Below, one piece after another: positions 50,329 through 64,000 of a DNA stretch of 64,000 nt. Made by a program: the position numbers and the translations under genes. Numbering within the stretch: the stretch's first letter is position 1; every line of letters begins with the position of its first letter. The notes under the pieces were generated by a model. That model did no database searches, was not told the origin of the DNA, and saw only the letters and a program-made list of their open reading frames with translations. Source of the DNA: Eledone cirrhosa (taxonomy: Eukaryota); the NCBI GenBank assembly GCA_964016885.1, contig OZ024740.1:360530001-360594000 (forward strand). The letters run 5' to 3'.

Positions 50329-51367
50329 CATCATCATCATTATTTTACATCTGCTTTTCCCTGCTTGCAAGGGTTGGACAGGTCCTATTCAGCACAGCAC
50401 CTCTCCATTCGTCTATATATATATAAAAACTGACCTTGCACGATTACACATCTCAAAGGCAATGACACAGGACCACGACCTCTGACACTATGCAGTTTTA
50501 CAGACAACCCACCCTCTATTATTCTCAGGCTGAGGCTTATACCTAATAGGCAACACCTTCCTCAACCTTCTATCTCCTTTCATTCACCTCCCTTAGCAGT
50601 AACCATACCTCCCCTACTACCCTGTCCACATTTTACCCAAGCTCCCCTTCCTAGTCCCAAGACAAAAGTACCCAGGCCTCCCTCACTGGTAAAGTGGTCA
50701 TGTCGGTGACATGACAAAGATGCCCAGTCCACTGTAAAGTGGTCGTATAGGTATCACAACAAAAAGTGCCCAGTACACACTGTAAATGTGGTTGCCAGTA
50801 GGAAAGGCACCCAGCTGTATAATCCAAGCCAAAATTCGTTTTCCCTAAGGGTCATTCCATCCTACCCATGAATGATGGACACTAATTGACGAGGTTCATG
50901 ATATATTTATGTATATATATGAAGTGTGTATGTATATGTGTGATATGTGTATGTATATTACATATATATGGTATATGTGTATGCACGCAAATATATATAT
51001 ATACATATATCATTATCATGATATATGTATATATATATATATATATATTATGCTGGTACCACAAGACATCCAGTCTACACTGTAAAGTGATTGTGTAGGT
51101 ATCACGACAGAAAGCACCCAGCCCACACTGTAAAGTGGATGTGTAAAAGACACGGCAAAATGCACCCAGCACACACTGTCAATGAGGTTGGCATTAGGAA
51201 GGGCATCCAGCTGTAGAAAACCAGCCAAAAACACTCCTATATGGGCGGGACACTGTCACCTGGCCCAACTTACCTCTAAATTGGACTAACCCATGCTAGC
51301 GTGGAAGATAGACATTAATCGGTGATGATGATGATGATGATATATATATATCCCTCTCTTTCACTGT

Positions 51368-51451
<84 letters not shown>

Positions 51452-51856
51452 GCTATGTAGGTAACACGGTAAAAAGCACCCAGTCCACACTGTAAATGTG
51501 GTTGGTGTTAGGAAGGGCATCCAGCCGTAGAAAACCTGCCAAATAGTCCTATATGAGCGAGACACGGTCACCTGACTAATCTTGCCTCAAGTGGGACAAT
51601 TGCCGTCTAACCCATGCTAGCGTGGAAAATAGATGTTAAACAATGATGATTATATATATATGTGTGTATCATCATCATCATCGTTTAACGCCCATCTTAC
51701 ATGCTAATATGTGTTAGACGGGTTTGTCCCACTTGAGGCAAGATTGGTCAGGTGACCATATCTCGCTCATACAGAACTGTTTCTGGCAGGTTTTCTATGG
51801 CTGGATGCCCTTCGTAACACCAACCACATTTACAGGGTGGACTGGGTGCTTTTTTT
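50329..51856. mobile_element. Cluster of RTE 3'-end-derived fragments in both orientations, separated by microsatellites
   Basis: Repeated CACACTGTAAA..TTAGGAAGGGCATCCAGC..CCCATGCTAGCGTGGAA-(GAT)n at 50690-50880, 51065-51340, 51455-51650 (+) and 50329-50600, 51668-51856 (-). Confidence 0.8.
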
Positions 51857-53174
51857 ATATATATATTCTCTCTCTCTCTCAAGTATCTTTAACATAGCCT
51901 CAGGTTGATTCAATCCTTGTGAGTTAATTCAGGTAGACAGAAGCTGTGTAGAATCCTCATCAGATGAATTTTGCCTGTAACTCAAAGGTCTGGCATATCA
52001 CATATTGTGTGACACTGGTTCAGCTTAGGAGCTACATTATGAGGACACATGTCTGAAATGCTTAACCACTTATACGTTAATTCACAAGTTGTACATTCAG
52101 TTGATGAAACAAATCAATGCTGATTGTCAAAACCAACAGAGGACCCATAACTCTATCTATAGCAAGAAACTTAACTCTGTAATGGCTCCATTCCCATACC
52201 CTTTGTGGATTACACTTAACAGAATCGGTATAGTTACATTCTTTTACATTCTCAGTTCAAATCGTGTCTTTCATTCTTTTAAAACTGATCTAATTGATTG
52301 TTCCTTCCATCTATGCCAAACAAAGGGGTGAGAGAACTCTTCGTTCAAGTCACAGATTCAATAATCTCTCTACTTCTCTAGTGCTGGTGCCATGAAAATG
52401 CACCCAGTACACCCTGTAAAGTTATTGGCATTAGGAAGGAGACCCAACCATAGAAAACTTGCCAGACAAAGGATTGGGAGAACTTTTCAATTGTATCAAG
52501 AGTATGACAACAAAGGGTATGCAGCCATAAAAACTTGCCAAATAAAGGGTTAAGCAAACTCTTCAGTTGTGTCAAAGCCATGGCAACCTCCTTAGTGCTG
52601 GTGCCTCAATAAAATGCACTCAGTGCACACTGTAAAGTGCAGAAATGTATATAAACAAGTTCTGGTCTCCAGCCCGCCTCAGAAGTCAGTGGTACTGACT
52701 AAATACTGATTTGGTTTGTGATGAACCATCCAACCCTTGTTAGCATGAAAAACAGACATTAAATGATGATGAAGGATGATCATCATCATCGTTTTCTTCT
52801 TTATTATTATTATATATGATTTCTTTTGCCTTTCATCCTTACGGGGTCGATAAAATAAAGTACCAGTAATGCACTGGTGATTGCTGGCCTTGTGCCTAAA
52901 GTAGAAACAATTATATATGATTTCTAATTTAGGCACAAGGCCAACAAATTTGAGGTAAGAGTAAATCGATTATACCATCTCTAGTATTTGACTGGTACTT
53001 TATCTTATCAACCCTTGTGGGATGAAAGGTATAGTTGACCTTATTGGGATTTGAAATCAGAACATAGAAAGCCATAACTAAATATTGAACTAAATGCTTT
53101 GTGGTATTTAGATACGACTTTCTACATTCTGAATTCAAATCCCACTGAGGTCAATTTAGTGGATCATAACAAAT

Positions 53175-53525
53175 GACCAAGGGTCCTGCAGTCCCTCATC
53201 AACCAATACATTTGTAGTACCTTTATAAAAATTCTGGCTGTTCCCAGAAGTGCCATCTTTTGCAGGCTCATTGTCATGACACCAAGAACTCCAACAACTA
53301 CCAGAATTACCACCACCCTATTTTATTCCCAAACTCACTTTATTTCATGTTTCAAGGTTTGATATTTTTCATCCTCTTTTTCTGCAACTTTGTCATCTCC
53401 AGGCAGCACTATGTCAATTAAGAAACAATGTCTTCTTTCTGTGTCTACTAGTATCAGATCAGGTCTTCTTGCTGTGATATTCTCCTCGCATTGTATGATA
53501 TGTTGAAGTCTCATAAAAGCTTAAC
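53175..53525 (-). mobile_element. R4/Dong-like non-LTR remnant (restriction-like endonuclease C-terminus)
   Basis: Minus strand ITARRPDLILVD..CFLIDIVLPGD..EKY..LK and LQKMALLGTARI. Confidence 0.75.
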
Positions 53526-53642
53526 ATTATTATTATTATGATTTGATTCTGACAGGGAAGCAGAGTGAAAAAAAATGGTAGACCAGTAAATGAAATGCTT
53601 CTAACATTGTTTCTATTATTATTATAATTATTTCAATTGCAG

Positions 53643-53923
53643 AATCTGAGAAACCATTGTTTCGCACCAGTGTGATGGGCTGGAGTGACTTGAAGGTAGG
53701 ACAACAACTAAGTGGTCGTGTTGGTAATGTCACACATTTTGGGGCATTTGTTGACATTGGTGTGGGTACCGATGGTTTGCTACATGTAAGTGAAATCAAT
53801 AAGCGACTGCTGTCAGCAAAGAACCGTACAAACTTGGCCATTGGAGATAAGATCGAGGTGAAAGTCATGAACTTTGATGTTACCAAACAACGGATTAGTT
53901 TGTCATTGGTCAGTTTTCTTTAA
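53643..53923 (+). CDS. SRBD1: SRBD1 last coding exon, S1 RNA-binding domain
   Basis: TTGCAG acceptor. KPLFRTSVMGWSDLKVGQQLSGRVGNVTHFGAFVDIGVGTDGLLHVSEI..GDKIEVKVMNFDVTKQRISLSL* is a Tex-type S1. Candidate AATAAA at ~54699. Confidence 0.88.
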
Positions 53924-53937
53924 AAATAACAACTATT

Positions 53938-54322
53938 AGGTTGACCTTAAGTTTTCAAAACTGAACTAAAATAGGAACAAATATTACATTGTGATCTATT
54001 TGGTTGACCTTAAGTTTTCAACATAACTTAAATCAGATATTACACTATGATCAATTTGGTAGACCTTAAGTTTTCAACATTAAACCGAAATTAGATATTA
54101 CACTATGATCAATTTGGTAGACCTTAAGTTTTCAACATTAAACCGAAATTAGATATTACACTATGATCAATTTGGTAGACCTTAAGTTTTCAACATTAAA
54201 CCGAAATCAGATATTACACTATGATCTATTTGGTAGACCTTAAGTTTTCAACATTAAACTTAAATTAGATATTACACTATAATCTATTTGGTAGACCTTA
54301 AGTTTTCAACATTAAACTTAAA
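53938..54322 (+). repeat. 58-bp minisatellite (~6.5 copies) in the SRBD1 3'UTR
   Basis: TTGGTAGACCTTAAGTTTTCAACATTAAACCGAAATTAGATATTACACTATGATCAAT repeated with period 58. Confidence 0.92.
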
Positions 54323-54837
54323 TAAGCAGAGATGATTACAACATTTTGCATGATCATAAAATATATTTATCTTTCATACTGGAATTTGGAAATTAGCTAC
54401 AATTTAATATTTAGCTCTTTAGATACAAAGTTTACTAATGCTTCTTCACTGAAGAAGACAACTTTTTCACAAGATATTTATTATTGTTTGGTAAGTAACT
54501 TGATCTGAGTCAGTGTGTTGAAACTGGAGCAATTTCATAGTGGAAAGAGTTGATTTAGCTGTTCAAAAGATACACAAAAGCTTTTATATTCACATTTCAT
54601 TTATTTCATAGTATCCAATTTTTTGTCATCTCTTTTGTAACCTCTTCATTGATACAGTTCCACTATATCACTGTGTCAGTTACAAGGTTACAATGTACAA
54701 TAAATACACTATGAAGTAGTTGTAAAGTAAATATAACAGTTTTAGTGTGTTTTTTTAATGGTTAAAATGACTCTTCAACTATGTAATTGTTATAGATATA
54801 TTATTGAATAGATCAATTCTTGTCTTTTTAACAAAAA

Positions 54838-54892
<55 letters not shown>

Positions 54893-54893
<1 letters not shown>

Positions 54894-55195
54894 CATGTGG
54901 TTAGGATATTGGGCTCATGATCATAGGTCAGGAGTTTGATTCCCAGACCTGTTGCTGTATTGAGCATGACGTTTTAATTCATGTTGTTCCTATCTAATCA
55001 GCTGGAAAATATTAGTTGTGACAACACTGCTGCCAAGCTATGTCAGTCTTTAATTTTCCCTTGGATAACATCACATATATTGTATTTATTGAGTATATAT
55101 GAGTTGCAATGACACTGGTGCCAAACTGGACAACATCAGTGATAATGAATTGAGAGCTTGGCATGCATGGGTGGTTGCTAGTCTTCCATAAATTC
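54893..55195 (+). mobile_element. Degenerate tRNA-SINE
   Basis: GTGGTTAGG..GGAGTTTGATTCCCAGACC head, TTGAGCATGAC core. Confidence 0.55.
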
Positions 55196-55542
55196 CCTTT
55201 CTCTGATCCATCATCATCCTAAGAGCTAAATGTTAATTTTTGTTTCGATTGAAGTTTCTATATATTAATTTCATATACTTAGATATGAAAAATTTATATT
55301 TTTTATATAAAACAGCAATTTTTCTAATTAAGAAATGTATATTTTCCTACAAAAATAAAATTGAAAGCCAATTGAATTTATATATTTTAGTTGTATGGTT
55401 AGGTGCATAAAAGGCTGTGATTAAAGGGATCACTTCACAACCACATAGTTTCAAGATTCATCCCACTGCATGTCATCATAAGCCAGTGTTTTTCTAGCAT
55501 GATCTCTGACTGAGCTTTTATGCAATGCGCTTTATTGCGCCA

Positions 55543-56345
55543 TTATGAATTTTTTTGCTGTTCAGAATTCGCACTGCACCCAGGCCTTACATTTTTTAAA
55601 GTCTTTTCTAGCTGAGATTTTTCTGCACTTTCCTTGGAACATGACAAGAACTTGTCCAGGCATGCTTTATTTTTCCTGAGAAGCCTTTCCACTAGTAGTT
55701 CATTCACAGTAAAGCAGTCCTGATGTAAGGCAGTCATGAATGCAGCCATATAAAGCTGTTTGTTGGAAGACAGATATGCACCATCACTGTTGGTAGCTTC
55801 AATTTGTTGAATTGCTTCTTGAAAATTCTTTTGTTTTTTCGGGCAGACCAATTGTGAGATATTTAATATCTCTGCACCTTGATACTGCTTTGTTTCATCT
55901 TCCGAACACAAACTTGGAGAATTACTAGTAGGAAATGACAGTCCGTCCAACATTCTGCCCCTCTTATACAATGGATAGATCTGACATCACTCCAATCATT
56001 GCATCTTACAATCACATAGTTAATAATATGCCAATGACATGAAAGTGGGTGCATCCAGGTCCCTTTCTACTTGTTCTTCTGCAAAAGAAGTCCTTTGCTA
56101 TTACACTTTCCCATTCCATGACAACCTATGCTACTCCATGTAGTAGAGTCACATCTAACACCAGCATTCAAATAACCCAGCACTACACATTTCTCATTCC
56201 TATTTACATTTTTCAATACTACTTGCAGATCCACATAAAATTTATCTATTCCTTCTGAGGCATTTACAAGAAACAAATGAAGTGTACTCACTGACTGACC
56301 AAAATCATAAAGTGGTTAAAGTGGAGTGGCAACATAAGTGTCATG
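55543..56345 (-). mobile_element. Old RTE/BovB-like LINE endonuclease remnant
   Basis: DKFYVDL..LGYLNAGV..IGCHGMGKCNSKGLLL, SCHWHIINYVIVR, RGAECWTDCHFL. Confidence 0.75.
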
Positions 56346-56506
56346 GTTTGATCGGAGATACCATGCACATACAAATATATGTGTGTGTATGTAGTAGAAA
56401 TAAAAGAAATCCTTTGTACACAAAATATATATATATATATGATAAATGATTCTTATTCTTTAGTGATATAATTATCACAAAAGTTATTCTTATATATATG
56501 TATATG

Positions 56507-57213
56507 TATCATCATCATCATCATCATTTAACGTCTATCTTCCATGCTAGCATAGGTTTAGAATGGGTATCATCATCATCATCATCGTTTAACGTCCATC
56601 TTCCACGCTTGCATGGGTTTGGACGGGAGTTTTCCCACTTGAGGCAAGATTGGTTGTCTTGCTCGTATAGGACTGTCTGGCGGGTTTTCTATATATATAT
56701 ATATGTATATATGTATGGGTTTAGCATGGGTATATATATATATATATTATCATCAACATCATCACCGTTTTACGTCTGTTCTTCCACGTTAGCATGGGTT
56801 AGACGGGTTGTCCTGTTGTGAGCAGTGTCCAGTCAGCTGACCTTGTCTTGCTCATACAGGAACTGATTCTGGCTTGATTTCTACAGCTGGATGCTCTTCC
56901 TAACACCAACCTCATTACAGTGAGTGCTGGGTGCTTTTTTCTGTGGCGCCGACACGTCCACTTTACAGTGTGGGCTGGGTGCTTTTTGCCATGGCACCTC
57001 CATGACCACTTTGCAGTGGGAGGGTGTGAGGGAATATTGCCTATATGCTTCAGCTTCGGCTTGTTCCTGTGGGGGGTCGGGTCTTCTGTATTACTGCGTG
57101 ACACCAGAGGTCGCGGTAATGTGTCATTGCTCTTGAGAGGTGCAATTGGTTACGGTCGGCTTTTATCATCTCATCCCAGGTCCTCTTGGGTCTCTCCACT
57201 CCGCGGCTTCCAT
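56507..57213 (-). mobile_element. Stacked RTE 3' fragments (family A 56570-56690; family B 56748-57213)
   Basis: (CAT)n tails and 3'UTRs matching both families; [16 protein letters not shown] on the minus strand. Confidence 0.85.
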
Positions 57214-59799
<2,586 letters not shown>

Positions 59800-59807
59800 A
59801 TATATAT

Positions 59808-60098
59808 GGGCCCAGCACTATGTGTCAATAATTGTCACAAGTGTAATGTTTGTACCAGAGTTTTCAAGTCGTTGGCTGGACTAAAAGGTCACACTCGTTC
59901 AGCGCATATATATATATATATATATGTATGTATATATATGTATATATATATATATATGTATGTATATATATATATATGTATGTATGTGTATATATATATA
60001 TGTATGTATATATATATATATATGTATTTATATATATATATATATATGTATGTATATATATATATATATATGTATTTATATATATATATATATGTATT

Positions 60099-60147
<49 letters not shown>

Positions 60148-60421
60148 ATATATGTATATATACATATATATAGTGACATATAAAAGTGACACAGAGGAGA
60201 CTGAGGTTAGCTGGACATGCTCACCGACATCCAGAGTTGACATTGCACTCAGTTCTCCTGTGGGAGCCCCTACATGGACACACTGGAAGAGGAAGACCAA
60301 GGTTGATGCCCTAAGGACAGACACTGGTCTGTTGGAGATGCAGGACATGGCAGCGATAATGAGGGGCAGAGACCGCTGGAGAGAACTCGTCCATGGATCT
60401 CGGGAATTTTACCCGCCCTAG
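59808..60421 (+). mobile_element. Two small LINE 3'-end fragments split by (TA)n
   Basis: [22 protein letters not shown] (terminal C2H2 of RTE/BovB type) at ~59845-59906. [27 protein letters not shown] at ~60190-60300. Confidence 0.65.
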
Positions 60422-60431
60422 ATAGATATAT

Positions 60432-60990
60432 ATTTCGTTTCTGAATTTGTTTAACAAAATTCTGTATCTGAAAACGTGTGTTGAAACCGATATTGTTATG
60501 CTTTGGGAGGGTCATGTTGCCAATAAGAAACACACACACCAGTTGCTTTCACTTCAATTTATTATAAATTTAGGAATTTATAAATTTCTGGTTGGTTGGT
60601 TTGGTTGGTTCCACAACCAGACGATTGTTCATATATTGTTAAAGTTCTTTCGTCACACATTCTATGACCTCTTCAGTGACTGGGGATTATTTTCTTTGTT
60701 TTTTTTTGTGCCTCTCTTTTGTTCTGTCCTATGCCATCTTGTTTGGTGTAAGGCGTAGGACAGAACAAAGGAGAAGCACAAAAAAAAAACAAAGAAAATA
60801 ATCCCCAGTCACTGAAGAGGTCACAGAATGTGTGACGAAAGAACTTTGACAATATATAAATAACCATCTGGTTGTGGAACCAACCAACCAGCCGGAAAAT
60901 TATAAATTTAATTTATAATAAATTGAAGTGAAAGCAACTGGTGCGTGTGTTTCTTATTGGCAACATGAACCTCCCAAAGCATAACAATAT
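60432..60990 (-). mobile_element. Large fold-back hammerhead element
   Basis: ~245-bp imperfect arms 60490-60735 / 60752-60990, 16-nt loop, unique tail 60432-60489. Confidence 0.8.
60808..60850 (+). ncRNA. Type-I hammerhead ribozyme (mirror copy on minus strand 60638-60680)
   Basis: GTCA-CTGAAGA-gGTCAC agaatgt GTGAC-GAAA-GAAC-TT-TGAC. Confidence 0.8.

Positions 60991-64000
<3,010 letters not shown>

Noticed and set aside
53643-53923. Bacterial tex contamination or horizontal transfer
   Set aside because: Spliceosomal intron/exon structure in repeat-rich animal DNA fits native SRBD1.

Overview
AT-rich, repeat-dominated animal genomic DNA. An octopus/cephalopod origin is inferred from the (TA)n tracts, (GAT)n-tailed RTE LINEs and tRNA-SINEs. 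The only recognisable host gene is the 3' end of SRBD1 (two + strand exons; last exon = S1 domain), so most of the window may be intronic. Transposons: two young RTE-clade LINE families (A and B; APE+RT with a PHD-like finger), including one intact 1039-aa copy; a near full-length Penelope-like element (RT + GIY-YIG, 898 aa) with two ~870-bp pLTRs; a second truncated PLE; Tc1/mariner, R4/Dong-like and SINE remnants. Reading both strands reveals what the ORF track hides: about seven sequence-distinct minimal type-I hammerhead ribozyme (HHR) motifs. They lie in the PLE pLTRs and in short non-coding, (TA)n-embedded elements, many with fold-back (inverted) ends, including a 561-bp tandem retrozyme-like element. 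These suggest a PLE-driven family of small ribozyme retroelements. The last ~6.7 kb is a ~3.7-kb tandem duplication. The long YI/IY ORFs are microsatellite artefacts.
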